Positions 53,157 to 62,081 are shown, counted from the first letter of the stretch. The stretch: DNA of 64,000 nt from Pseudolysinimonas sp. (GCF_039912695.1 NZ_JBDSPJ010000022.1:246522-310521), one strand, 5' to 3'. Program-made: numbers and translations. Notes: generated from the sequence alone by a model not told the origin.

Positions 53157-54385
53157 GCGGGAAGGTCAGCATCCTGAAGCAGCCGCGTACCGTCTGGGCC
53201 GTCGCCTTCGCCTGCGTCGTCGCCTTCATGGGCATCGGCCTCGTCGACCCGATCCTGCCGGCAATCTCGGCACAACTCGACGCCACCCCCACCCAGGCCG
53301 AACTGCTGTTCACCAGCTACCTGTTCATCACCGGTTTGGCGATGCTGGTCACCAGTTTCATCTCGAGCCGCATCGGCGCCCGGCCGACCTTGCTGATCGG
53401 GCTGGCCCTCATTGTCGTGATGGCACTGTGCGCCGCCCTCGCGAACGATGTGGATGTCGTCATCGCATTCCGCGGAGGGTGGGGGCTCGGCAACGCCCTC
53501 TTCATCTCCACCGCACTCGCCACGATCGTCGGAGCGGCAGCCGGCGGAAGTGGCGCCGCGATCGTGCTCTACGAGGCCGCCCTCGGCCTCGGTATCGCGA
53601 TCGGTCCGCTGCTGGGTGGACTTCTGGGCACCGTGAGTTGGAAGGGACCGTTCTTCGGAGTCGCGACCCTGATGTGCGTGGCATTCGTCGCCATTTTGGT
53701 GTGGCTACCGAAGGAAACCGCCGAAGCCAAGGTCGCTCGGGTGCATCTGCCGCTCTCCGCGCCGCTGCGTGCGCTCGGCAACCCCGCCATCCTGGTTCTC
53801 GCAATCGCGGCCCTCTGGTACAACGTCGGCTTCTTCGTGCTGCTCGCCTACACGCCCTTCCCCCTGGGGTTTACGGCGATCGGACTCGGACTCACCTTCT
53901 TCGGCTGGGGAGTCGCGGTGGCCATCAGCAGCGTCTGGGGTGCGCCACTGCTGACCTCCCGATTCCGCAGAACGTCGGTGCTCACGGCGGTTCTTCCGCT
54001 CCTCGCGGCCGACCTGGTCGTCATGGGGGTGTTCATCTCGTCACCCGTCGCCCTCGTCTGCTGCGTCGTTGGCGGCGGGCTCCTGCTCGGCATCCTGAAC
54101 ACCGTGTTCACGGAGTCGGTGATGAACGCGACCGACCTGCCGCCACGCGTCGCGTCGTCGGCGTACTCCTCGGTTCGGTTCCTCGGCGGAGCGGCGGCTC
54201 CCCCGCTCGCCACGACGCTTGCCGCCCTGGCCGGCCCCGCCATCCCGTACTTCCTCGCCAGCGCGTTCGTGGTGGTGGCGGCACTCACGATCGCCATCGG
54301 CCGAAAGGCTCTGCACCGCATCGACGGCCCCGCGGTTCCCGAGTTGCTCGAAGCGGAAGCGATCGGGCTCGGCGATACGACCTGA
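53153..54385 (+). CDS. MFS transporter
   Basis: ORF 53024..54385 trimmed to ATG 53153 (ATGA overlap with the marR stop). 12 predicted TM helices. Confidence 0.85.
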   Translation: MSGKVSILKQPRTVWAVAFACVVAFMGIGLVDPILPAISAQLDATPTQAELLFTSYLFITGLAMLVTSFISSRIGARPTLLIGLALIVVMALCAALANDVDVVIAFRGGWGLGNALFISTALATIVGAAAGGSGAAIVLYEAALGLGIAIGPLLGGLLGTVSWKGPFFGVATLMCVAFVAILVWLPKETAEAKVARVHLPLSAPLRALGNPAILVLAIAALWYNVGFFVLLAYTPFPLGFTAIGLGLTFFGWGVAVAISSVWGAPLLTSRFRRTSVLTAVLPLLAADLVVMGVFISSPVALVCCVVGGGLLLGILNTVFTESVMNATDLPPRVASSAYSSVRFLGGAAAPPLATTLAALAGPAIPYFLASAFVVVAALTIAIGRKALHRIDGPAVPELLEAEAIGLGDTT

Positions 54386-54446
54386 CCTGACGACGACGCG
54401 TCAACGCCCGGAAGCGAGTGCCGCACCCCGCTTGTAGTCTGGGGGG

Positions 54447-55070
54447 ATGGCATCGAACCCGGATCGTCTGGTCTGGATCGACTGCGAAATGACCGGTCTC
54501 GACCTCAGCGTCGACCAACTTGTCGAAGTCGCCGTCGTGATCACGGACTACGACCTCGTCCCCGTCGACCCCGGGTTTCGGGTCGTCATCAAAGCCGACC
54601 AGTCGGCGCTCGACCAAATGAACGACGTCGTGGTCGGGATGCACACGACCTCGGGGTTGCTCGACGAGATCCCGAACGGCGTCACCCTCGCCGAGGCCGA
54701 GTACGAGGTCAACGAGTACATCCTGAAATTCGTTCCCGAGATCGGCACGGCGCCGCTCGCTGGCAACACGATCGGCACCGACCGCGCGTTCCTCGCCAAG
54801 TACATGCCGCGGGTTGATGCCCACCTTCACTACCGCAGCGTCGACGTGTCGAGCATCAAAGAACTCGCCCGACGCTGGTTTCCCCGGGTGTACTTCCAGT
54901 CGCCAACGAAGGCTGGCGGTCACCGGGCTCTGGCTGACATCCTCGAGTCGATCCGCGAACTCGACTACTACCGCAAAGCCCTCTTCATCGCGGTGCCCGG
55001 CCCGACCTCCGAACAGGCGCAGGCCGCTTCCGCCGCAACGGTGGAGGCGTGGCGGCGCTGGGTACCCTAG
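54447..55070 (+). CDS. orn: Oligoribonuclease
   Basis: 207 aa with DEDDh motifs (LVWIDCEMTGLD, GNTIGTDRAFL, HRALADI). Confidence 0.9.
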   Translation: MASNPDRLVWIDCEMTGLDLSVDQLVEVAVVITDYDLVPVDPGFRVVIKADQSALDQMNDVVVGMHTTSGLLDEIPNGVTLAEAEYEVNEYILKFVPEIGTAPLAGNTIGTDRAFLAKYMPRVDAHLHYRSVDVSSIKELARRWFPRVYFQSPTKAGGHRALADILESIRELDYYRKALFIAVPGPTSEQAQAASAATVEAWRRWVP

Positions 55071-55097
55071 AATCGTCAGGTTGCGTATGCAACGCAT

Positions 55098-55171
55098 GGC
55101 GGTCGTAGCTCAGTTGGTAGAGCGCTGGCTTGTGGTGCCGGATGCCGCGGGTTCGAGTCCCGTCGGTCGCC
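55098..55171 (+). tRNA. tRNA-His (anticodon GUG) with encoded G-1
   Basis: G-1, then acceptor GCGGTCG/CGGTCGC. D arm GCTC-AGTTGGTA-GAGC. Anticodon arm CTGGC-TTGTGGT-GCCGG. T arm GCGGG-TTCGAGT-CCCGT. Discriminator C. Confidence 0.85.
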
Positions 55172-55191
55172 CTCAGAACTCCCACGCAGAA

Positions 55192-55497
55192 GTGTCAGCC
55201 TCGTCCACGTCGGTCCCCGACGTAGACGAGGCGACTTCGCGGGAGTCGCTCGTTGCTCCCGACGTGCCGTGGGTGACGATCGTCTGGAACGACCCCGTCA
55301 ACCTGATGTCCTACGTCAGCCACGTCTTTCGGGGCTACTTCGGGTTCAGCCGCGAAGAGTCTGAACGCCTCATGATGCTGGTGCACACCGAGGGTCGCGC
55401 CGTCGTCGCGACCGGGCCGCGCGAAGAGATGGAACGGCACACCGAGGCGATGCACGAGTTCGGACTGTGGGCGACCGTCGCGAAAGCCGACGACTGA
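55192..55497 (+). CDS. clpS: ATP-dependent Clp protease adapter ClpS
   Basis: The 3' part of ORF 54814..55497. Core PWVTIVWNDPVNLMSYVSHVFRGYFGFSREESERLMMLVHTEGRAVV. The GTG 55192 start is tentative. Confidence 0.8.
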   Translation: MSASSTSVPDVDEATSRESLVAPDVPWVTIVWNDPVNLMSYVSHVFRGYFGFSREESERLMMLVHTEGRAVVATGPREEMERHTEAMHEFGLWATVAKADD

Positions 55498-55946
55498 TGC
55501 GCGTTTCACGCAGCCACGACGCGATCGTGCTGGAGTTCGCCGAAGGTGAGGCGGGGGTGTTGCGCTCGTTGATCGACCAGTACCTGGAAGTCGTCAGCGC
55601 GGATGCCGGATCAGACCCGGCACTCCCCCGGCTCTTTCCGCTGGCCTACAGCGACGATCAGGATGCCGCCGACGAGTTCGCGCAGTACACCCGCACCGGG
55701 CTCGTCGACCGCAAGGCGTCGAATGCCGCCCAGGTATCGCTCGCCCTTGACGAAGAGACCGTGCGTCTCACCCTCGCCGAAACAGAACGGTGGCTCCCGC
55801 TGCTCACCGACCTGCGGCTGGTGATCGCCGACCGCATCGGCATCCTGGTCGACTCCGATGCCATCCCGGAAACTCCTGCCGGTGAGGTGTACGAGTGGCT
55901 GGGGCGACTGCAGGGTTCGATGATCGACCTTCTGGAGGAGCCGTGA
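55497..55946 (+). CDS. DUF2017-like protein (commonly follows clpS in actinobacteria)
   Basis: ORF 55467..55946 trimmed to ATG 55497, whose first base is the last base of the clpS TGA. The family call is from memory. Confidence 0.6.
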   Translation: MRVSRSHDAIVLEFAEGEAGVLRSLIDQYLEVVSADAGSDPALPRLFPLAYSDDQDAADEFAQYTRTGLVDRKASNAAQVSLALDEETVRLTLAETERWLPLLTDLRLVIADRIGILVDSDAIPETPAGEVYEWLGRLQGSMIDLLEEP

Positions 55947-56296
55947 GTTTCGATCTCTCGCCCGAAGGCTTCGAGAAACTCGTGATCGACGAACTCGATG
56001 AACTTCCTGACGAGATGGTGGAGGGCCTCGAGAATCTCGTGTTCGTGACCGAGGACCGCCCGGCCGACGGAAGCCTCGATCTGCTGGGACTCTACGAGGG
56101 CACCGCCCTCACCGACCGCGACCACTACGGTTTTGGAGAACTGCCGGACCGCATCGTGCTCTATCGCGAGCCGCTCCTGGCGATCGTCGAGACCGAAGAT
56201 GAGCTGCGCGATGAGGTTCACGTGACTCTCGTGCACGAGATCGCTCACTACTACGGAATCGACGACGACGAGTTGCACCGACTCGGGTGGGGCTGA
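55943..56296 (+). CDS. Small metallopeptidase-like protein (HExxH)
   Basis: ORF 55895..56296 trimmed to GTG 55943 (GTGA overlap). Motif TLVHEIAHYYG. Confidence 0.7.
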   Translation: MSFDLSPEGFEKLVIDELDELPDEMVEGLENLVFVTEDRPADGSLDLLGLYEGTALTDRDHYGFGELPDRIVLYREPLLAIVETEDELRDEVHVTLVHEIAHYYGIDDDELHRLGWG

Positions 56297-56344
56297 ACTC
56301 CCACCCGCTGTCAACCTTCCGCGGGGCCCCGCACGTCGGTTAAC

Positions 56345-56950
56345 GTGACCATCATGCGCAACCGTCTCCTTCTCGCTGCCGGCCTCGCTGCCGCCTCACT
56401 CCTTGTTCTCGCCGGCTGTGGCGCCGGGGGGTCGGGTGGCGGCGGTGACACTCCCGGCGCCTCGGGCGGTGGGTCAGGCTCGGGCCTCGTGACCTGCCTT
56501 GCCGGTACCTGGAAACTCGACGGTCAGAACAACGCCGACCAGATGCAGGCCTATTTCACCGACCACGGCACTCCCGTCACCTCGACCACCGTCGACGGCG
56601 ATGTCACCCTCACCGTGACCGGCGCCAACATGACCTACACCTCGGCGATCACCTACACGATGACCGCGTCGCTCTCCGACGGACTCGACATGGTGATCGC
56701 ACAGAACCAGGCCGGCACGAGTAGCGGGCGGTGGTCGGCGACCGAGTCGAGTGTCGTCTACTCGAACTGGAGCGACGGCATCACGATCACGAACTCGGTC
56801 TCCATCGGCGGCCAAAATGCCGATATGCCTCTGGCGATCCCGGCATCGGGCGATGATGGCGTGCCGATGACGACGACGTGCAACGGCGACACCCTGACCA
56901 CGCATCCGGATGCCAGCCCGTTCACGAGCGTCTGGACGCGCGTCGGCTGA
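56345..56950 (+). CDS. Hypothetical lipoprotein
   Basis: 201 aa. LLVLAGC lipobox followed by a Gly/Ser-rich linker. Confidence 0.6.
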   Translation: MTIMRNRLLLAAGLAAASLLVLAGCGAGGSGGGGDTPGASGGGSGSGLVTCLAGTWKLDGQNNADQMQAYFTDHGTPVTSTTVDGDVTLTVTGANMTYTSAITYTMTASLSDGLDMVIAQNQAGTSSGRWSATESSVVYSNWSDGITITNSVSIGGQNADMPLAIPASGDDGVPMTTTCNGDTLTTHPDASPFTSVWTRVG

Positions 56951-56967
56951 CCTGTCACATCCGGTCG

Positions 56968-57076
56968 CTTTCGGTTTTCAGGAAGTTCTGTGGCAAAACG
57001 ATGAAGGAGTCTGCTTTCAGGACCCGAATCGTGATCACGACCAACTCCGTTAACAAGATTTCCTGAAAACGGAAGG
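56968..57076. repeat. Bipartite inverted-repeat element, copy B (15/17 arms, 75-nt spacer)
   Basis: CTTTCGGTTTTCAGGAA (56968-56984) and TTCCTGAAAACGGAAGG (57060-57076). Each arm matches the corresponding arm of copy A at 16 of 17 positions. It lies between convergent gene ends, and its interior is AT-richer than the flanks. Confidence 0.65.
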
Positions 57077-57080
57077 TGAC

Positions 57081-57716
57081 CTAGTCGGACGCGGGGACGT
57101 CAGCCGGAGGGGTTTCCGCCAGAGGGGCTTCCGCCGGAAGGTGGTCGGCGCGGAACTGGATTTCGCCGGTGCGCCCGTCGATGACGGCGTCGGCGAGCAG
57201 GTCGGGGCGTTCGCGTGCGAAGAATGCCTGCTCCTGCGACGCCCAGCGATCCCAGTGGGCGAGAAACTGCCCGCCGTCCCGATTCATCGCGCGGCGCTTG
57301 CGTTCCGTCTGGTCGAGGCGGATCCACACCGCGAACGTCGCGAGGTCGCGGTTCTCGCGGCTGAGGCATCCCGAGCCTTCGACCACAATGTCCCTTTTGG
57401 CGTTGACCTTCTGCCAGCCTGCGGGCTCGTTGCGCTTCCAGTCCCACTTACGAAAACCGGGGTTCGCCGAATCGAGTACGCCCTTGACCATCGCGCTGCC
57501 CACCTCGAGCCCGCCCCAGCCGGGGTAGAAGGCGTCGAGCCCGATGTGCTGCGCACCGATTGCATAGGCGAGTTCGTCGGCGAGGGTGGTCTTTCCGGCA
57601 CCAGAGTGGCCGTCGATCAGAACGACGGTGCGGGGCCAATTTTGCGACTTTGCGAGCGTGCGGATTCGCGTCGCCAATACCTCACTTGCGCGAGGACCCC
57701 CTCGTGCCATGGGCAC
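57081..57716 (-). CDS. P-loop NTPase / small-molecule kinase-like protein
   Basis: 211 aa. Walker A VVLIDGHSGAGKTTLADEL. The size and layout resemble uridine-kinase or nucleoside-kinase-like proteins. The start is GTG 57716 or ATG 57710. Confidence 0.7.
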   Translation of the reverse strand: MPMARGGPRASEVLATRIRTLAKSQNWPRTVVLIDGHSGAGKTTLADELAYAIGAQHIGLDAFYPGWGGLEVGSAMVKGVLDSANPGFRKWDWKRNEPAGWQKVNAKRDIVVEGSGCLSRENRDLATFAVWIRLDQTERKRRAMNRDGGQFLAHWDRWASQEQAFFARERPDLLADAVIDGRTGEIQFRADHLPAEAPLAETPPADVPASD

Positions 57717-57766
57717 ATCGTATCGGCAGACTCCGCAGCGATTCGAGTCCCCGGTTCGGGTGTCGA

Positions 57767-58468
57767 TCAGGACAAAAAGCGAGCGACGCGGTCATCAACG
57801 GGATGCGCGCGCAGCTCGGTCAGCGAGCCGACTTGAACGAGGCGTCCGGCTTCGAGGATGCCGATCCGGTCCGCGATGACGGCCGCCTCCTCATGGTCGT
57901 GCGTCACGACGATCGTCGTCACTCCCGCATCGTGCAGGATGTCGTGGAGATCCCCCGCGAGACGCTCACGTAGTTCTCGGTCGATCGACGACAGCGGCTC
58001 ATCGAGCAGCAGCAGCCGAGGCGTGGCCGCCAGGGAGCGGGCGAGCGCGACGCGTTGCTGTTCCCCTCCGGACAACTCGGTGACCCGGCGCGCGCCAAAT
58101 CCTGCCAGCCCGACCAGCGCGAGCAACTGCTCGACTCGGGCAGGGTCGCGGTGACCGGAGACCTTCAGCGAATACCCGACGTTGCCCGCGACATCGAGGT
58201 GCGGAAACAGTTGTCCGTCCTGAAACATCAGCACGAATCCGCGCCGATGCACGGGAATTTTCAGCACCGACTCGTCATCCCATCGGATGTCGCCGGTGCA
58301 CGGCTCGAGCCCGGCGATCGCCCGCAGCAGGCTCGACTTACCCGACCCCGACGGACCGATCAGCGCGAACACCTCGCCGGCCGGGATCTCGAGAGTCACC
58401 GCGTCGACCGCGCGCTTACCGTCGAACTCGACCGTCACATCCCGAAGTTGCAGGCCCGCGCTGCTCAT
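57767..58468 (-). CDS. thiQ: Thiamine-type ABC transporter ATP-binding protein
   Basis: 233 aa. Walker A GPSGSGKSS, signature LSGGEQQRVAL, Walker B LLLDEPLSSID. The thiamine assignment rests on the TPP riboswitch at the operon head. Confidence 0.7.
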   Translation of the reverse strand: MSSAGLQLRDVTVEFDGKRAVDAVTLEIPAGEVFALIGPSGSGKSSLLRAIAGLEPCTGDIRWDDESVLKIPVHRRGFVLMFQDGQLFPHLDVAGNVGYSLKVSGHRDPARVEQLLALVGLAGFGARRVTELSGGEQQRVALARSLAATPRLLLLDEPLSSIDRELRERLAGDLHDILHDAGVTTIVVTHDHEEAAVIADRIGILEAGRLVQVGSLTELRAHPVDDRVARFLS

Positions 58469-60108
58469 CAGAACGCTCCCGCAGAGTCGATGCGCAGGCG
58501 CTCGATCAGGGCGACGACCGCAACGGTCAACGCCGCGAGCACCACGGATGCTGCAATCGCCATGCCGGCATTGTCTCCCCCCGGCAGGCCGATCAGGCGA
58601 TAGATCACGACCGGGAGGGTCGCGTTCGAGGGGCGGGAAAGAAACGTCGTCGCGCCGAACTCACCGAGCGCGACCGTGAACGCGAGACCGGTCGCGGCCA
58701 GGGCCGCCCGCGCCGCAACCCCCAGGTCGATCGTCAGGATGACCCGCCACGGAGCAGCGCCGAGGGTGGCGGCCGCCTCGCGCATCCGGGATCCGACGCT
58801 GCGCAGCACCGGCAGCAGAGTGCGAACCACGAGCGGCGTCGCGACCAGAGCCTGTGCGATCGGGACCAGAATCGGCGAGGCCCGCAGGTCGAGCGGCGGG
58901 GCGTTGAGGGTGATCAGGAATCCGAAGCCGACCGTGACTGCCGAGACTCCGAGCGGCAACATGAGCGCGCCATCGAGCAGGTCGAGTCCGCGGCGGGCGG
59001 AGGGCGAACGCGGGCGACGAGAGAGCAGCACGCTCGTGACCAGTCCCAGCAGCATCGCGATGCCGGTCGCCGCGGCGGCGAAGCCGAGAGAGTTACCCAG
59101 CGCCGTCCACGGCGAAATCGCGAGCGCGTTACGGGAACCGGTCGTCGCAAGCGCGAGATAGTTGCCCAACCCCCAGTCGTCGCCGACCTGAAGGGAACGC
59201 CTCAACAGCGCGCCGAGCGGGATGACCAACGCCACCGCCACGAGGAACGTCACGATGACGACCGGACGATCTGCGCGACGCGGGCGCCGGGTAGCGAAGG
59301 ACCGACGCTGGAAGGTCGTGCGGCCCCGCACCCTCGCCGTCACCACCAGCAGGGCGACGACAACGAGGAGTTGCGTGATGCTCAGCACGCTCGCCGCACG
59401 AAGGTCGAGAAATTGGGTCGTGAGCAACCAGATTTCGGTCTCGATCGTCGAGTACTGCGCCCCACCGAGCACCAGCACGGTGCCGAACGCGGTCGAGCAG
59501 AACAGGAAGACGATGGATGCCGCCGCCGCCACGCTGGGACCCAGACGCCGCAGCGTGATCGTCACGAAAACCCTCACCGGGCCGGCACCCAATACCCGGG
59601 CGGCCTCCTCCTGCCGCGGGTCGAGCGACTCCCACGAGACGCCGACAGTTCGCACCACGACGGCGACGTTGAAGAACACCAGCGCCGCGAGGATGGCAAG
59701 CACCGAACCGTCGAGCGGTGTGCCCCGAAACAGCGTTCGAAATGCGATCCCCACGACGACGGTCGGCAGCACGAAGGGCACCAGCACGGCGGCGCGCAGC
59801 ACACCACGCCCCCGGAACCTCAACCTCGAGAGCGCGTAGGCGGCCGGCATCCCGAGCAGGAGCGTGATCGCTGTCGCGGCCGCGGCGAGGCCAACCGTGA
59901 AGCCGATGATCCGGATCGTGCGGGGGCGCGAGAGCACCTCGACGATTCCCGCGAGGTCGAGTGCACCGCTCGGGAAGAGACCCCGCGCCAGGATCGTCGC
60001 CACCGGCCACGCGAAAAACACTCCGATGAAGGCGACCGGAAGCGCGATCCCGAGAGTCCACGCCGCGATCGTCGCCGGGTGCGCGTTCAGGCGCGTGGAA
60101 GGCCTCAC
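58468..60108 (-). CDS. thiP: Thiamine-type ABC transporter permease (two fused permease domains)
   Basis: ORF 58468..60141 trimmed to GTG 60108 (GTGA overlap with the thiB stop). About 12 TM helices in two repeats. Confidence 0.7.
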   Translation of the reverse strand: MRPSTRLNAHPATIAAWTLGIALPVAFIGVFFAWPVATILARGLFPSGALDLAGIVEVLSRPRTIRIIGFTVGLAAAATAITLLLGMPAAYALSRLRFRGRGVLRAAVLVPFVLPTVVVGIAFRTLFRGTPLDGSVLAILAALVFFNVAVVVRTVGVSWESLDPRQEEAARVLGAGPVRVFVTITLRRLGPSVAAAASIVFLFCSTAFGTVLVLGGAQYSTIETEIWLLTTQFLDLRAASVLSITQLLVVVALLVVTARVRGRTTFQRRSFATRRPRRADRPVVIVTFLVAVALVIPLGALLRRSLQVGDDWGLGNYLALATTGSRNALAISPWTALGNSLGFAAAATGIAMLLGLVTSVLLSRRPRSPSARRGLDLLDGALMLPLGVSAVTVGFGFLITLNAPPLDLRASPILVPIAQALVATPLVVRTLLPVLRSVGSRMREAAATLGAAPWRVILTIDLGVAARAALAATGLAFTVALGEFGATTFLSRPSNATLPVVIYRLIGLPGGDNAGMAIAASVVLAALTVAVVALIERLRIDSAGAF

Positions 60109-61163
60109 GGCGTCGCGATCGCGGCCCACTCGGCGATCCACTTCTCACGGTTCGCGTCGATCCGTGCCGGGTCGAGGTTGTACGGGTTAGTCGCACGTTC
60201 CGCGAACTTCGCCCACGCCTCGGGCAGCACGGCATCCGGATTCACCGGAAAGACGTACATGTTGTCGGGGATGTCGTTCTGCACGGTCGTGGAATGCAAG
60301 AAGTCGACCAGCTCCTTCGCCTCGACGGGATGCGCCGTGCCGGCGATCACTCCCGCGTACTCCGTCTGGCGGAAGCAGGTGTCCAGCAGCGCGCCCGTCG
60401 GTGCGACGGTGCCGCCCTCGGGAACCTCGAAAGGAGGCGATGAGGCATACGACACGACGAGGGGGCGGTCGCCGGAGCTCGATGGTCCCGAGAAGTCGAC
60501 CTCATACGCGTCACTCCAGGAGGCGTCGATCTTCACGCCGTTCGCAACCAGAGAGGCCCAGTACCCCTGCCACCCGGTGTCGCCGTAGGCGGCGATCGTC
60601 GCCAGCAGGAAGGCGAGTCCCGGCGACGAGGAATTCGCCGCCTCGACCACGAGCAACCCCTGGTAGGTCGGGTCGATCAGGTCGTTGAGAGTCTTCGGCT
60701 CCGGGATGCCCGCCTGGGCGAACCACTCGTGATCAACATTGACGCAGACGTCCCCCGAGTCGATCGGCGTGAGGTACTCCCCGCCGGAGCCGGCTGGCAG
60801 CAGATACTGCCCCTCGGCATCCGTCACGTCTGCCGAGACGTAGGGTTCGAGCACCCCGCCTGACGCCGCCCGGCTCGCGAAGGTGTTGTCGATCCCGTAC
60901 ACGACGTCGCCGAGCGGAGAATCCTTGGTGAGCACCAGTTTGTTCACCAGTTCGCCGGCATCACCGGCCGCCTGAACCTGGACCCGGATGCCGGTTGCTT
61001 GGGTGAACTGATCCAGCGTTCCCTCGCTCAACGCGAACGAGTCGTGCGTGACCAGCGTCAGGGTGACCGGTGCGTTGGACGCGGGAGCGCATCCGACGAG
61101 AACCAGAATGGATGCGGCGAGAGCAGCGGCTGACGCCAATACCCGATGAGTTGAGTGGTGCAC
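60105..61163 (-). CDS. thiB: Thiamine-type ABC transporter substrate-binding lipoprotein
   Basis: 352 aa from GTG 61163, with lipobox LVLVGC. It is the first gene after the TPP riboswitch. Confidence 0.7.
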   Translation of the reverse strand: MHHSTHRVLASAAALAASILVLVGCAPASNAPVTLTLVTHDSFALSEGTLDQFTQATGIRVQVQAAGDAGELVNKLVLTKDSPLGDVVYGIDNTFASRAASGGVLEPYVSADVTDAEGQYLLPAGSGGEYLTPIDSGDVCVNVDHEWFAQAGIPEPKTLNDLIDPTYQGLLVVEAANSSSPGLAFLLATIAAYGDTGWQGYWASLVANGVKIDASWSDAYEVDFSGPSSSGDRPLVVSYASSPPFEVPEGGTVAPTGALLDTCFRQTEYAGVIAGTAHPVEAKELVDFLHSTTVQNDIPDNMYVFPVNPDAVLPEAWAKFAERATNPYNLDPARIDANREKWIAEWAAIATP

Positions 61164-61209
61164 TGTCGTGCCCTTTCCGTTGAAGGGGCACGGGTCGGCA
61201 GCTGCCGAA

Positions 61210-61305
61210 GAGATAGCCTCCCTGCGCCGGCATGATCCGGATCAGGTTCGACGGTCGAAGCGTGGATCGCTTCCTCTCAGCCCGGCACACCGGACTCCCG
61301 TGTTC
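61210..61305 (-). promoter_or_regulatory. TPP (THI-box) riboswitch
   Basis: The minus strand reads CACGGGAGUCCGGUGUGCCGGGCUGAGAGGAAGCG…CGAACCUGAUCCGGAUCAUGCCGGCGCAGGGAGGC, with the conserved CUGAGA and ACCUGAUCCGGAUCAUGCCGGCG…GGGA blocks. A downstream hairpin GUGCCC…GGGCAC covers the GAAAGGG Shine-Dalgarno of thiB. Confidence 0.85.
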
Positions 61306-61355
61306 GTCACCGAGCATAACCCCGCCGCGCCGCCGGCTGCGTCTATGCTGACGCC

Positions 61356-61892
61356 GTGAGTCAGCCCGCCCTCATCGCCGAGGCACACCGTCCCGCCATT
61401 GCGAACCTCCCCCTGCGTCAGCGTCCGATCGACATCGTGTTCGCGGTTTTCTTCACGCTGTTCATCGTGACCTCGTGCATCGCGGACATGCTGCCGACCG
61501 TCGGGATCGACTTCACGCACCCCACCGGATCTTTCTTGGTCGACTCCAACTACTGGTACGCCCACGACGCCGATCCACTCTTCATGAATCCGCCGGTGTG
61601 GATGCGCATGGTGACCGGTCTGTCGGCTTTCGTGTACCTGGCCTTCTACCTCGTGCTCGTGCCGTCGCTGATCCGCGGCTGGAACCGGATCCAACTCCCC
61701 GCCGTCATCTACGCCACGATGATTGCGGGAATCACCGGAATCGTCGTTTTTGGGGTCGAATTCTTCGGCGAGCCTGAATTTCAGACCCAGAACCCGGTGA
61801 AGTTCCTGGCGTTCAACCTGCCGTACGTGATCGTGCCGCTGCTCCTGCTGGTCAGGATGCGCAAGCCGCTCCCTTTCACGAGAAGGTTCTGA
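61356..61892 (+). CDS. EXPERA-domain (TMEM97/sigma-2 receptor, EBP-like) membrane protein
   Basis: 178 aa with 4 TM helices. By eye it aligns with human TMEM97 blocks: WYAHDADPLFMNPPVWM vs WYAKEFKDPLLQEPPAWF; IQLPAVIYATM vs IRTPAIIYSVH; NLPYVIVPLLLLVRMRK vs YAPYLLIPFILLIFMLR. The alignment is from memory. Confidence 0.55.
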   Translation: MSQPALIAEAHRPAIANLPLRQRPIDIVFAVFFTLFIVTSCIADMLPTVGIDFTHPTGSFLVDSNYWYAHDADPLFMNPPVWMRMVTGLSAFVYLAFYLVLVPSLIRGWNRIQLPAVIYATMIAGITGIVVFGVEFFGEPEFQTQNPVKFLAFNLPYVIVPLLLLVRMRKPLPFTRRF

Positions 61893-62081
61893 CGACGTCC
61901 CGCGGTAAGGCCCGGGCGACACCGCAAGAACGGCCTCCCTCGATCATCGACACCACCCATTTCCCCACGGTCTACGGAGACCCGCGGTGAAATTCGTGGG
62001 CTCCGGCGACGTAACTCTGGGGAATCGGCACCCTCATCGACGTATTGCGCACGAGGGCACCGATTTCCAAGAGTTAGGGAC

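Noticed and set aside
52587-55171. A tRNA-Arg or tRNA-His gene as the attachment site of a genomic island.
   Set aside because: I found no integrase, no partial tRNA direct repeat and no compositional break by eye. The flanking genes (marR-MFS, orn, clpS) are ordinary chromosomal genes.
57001-57066. The 21-codon ORF MKESAFRTRIVITTNSVNKIS inside repeat copy B, and a 10-codon ORF inside copy A, as small protein or type I toxin genes.
   Set aside because: There is no Shine-Dalgarno. The two interiors encode unrelated peptides. The codon usage is atypical (AT-rich). The peptides lack a hydrophobic toxin-like helix.
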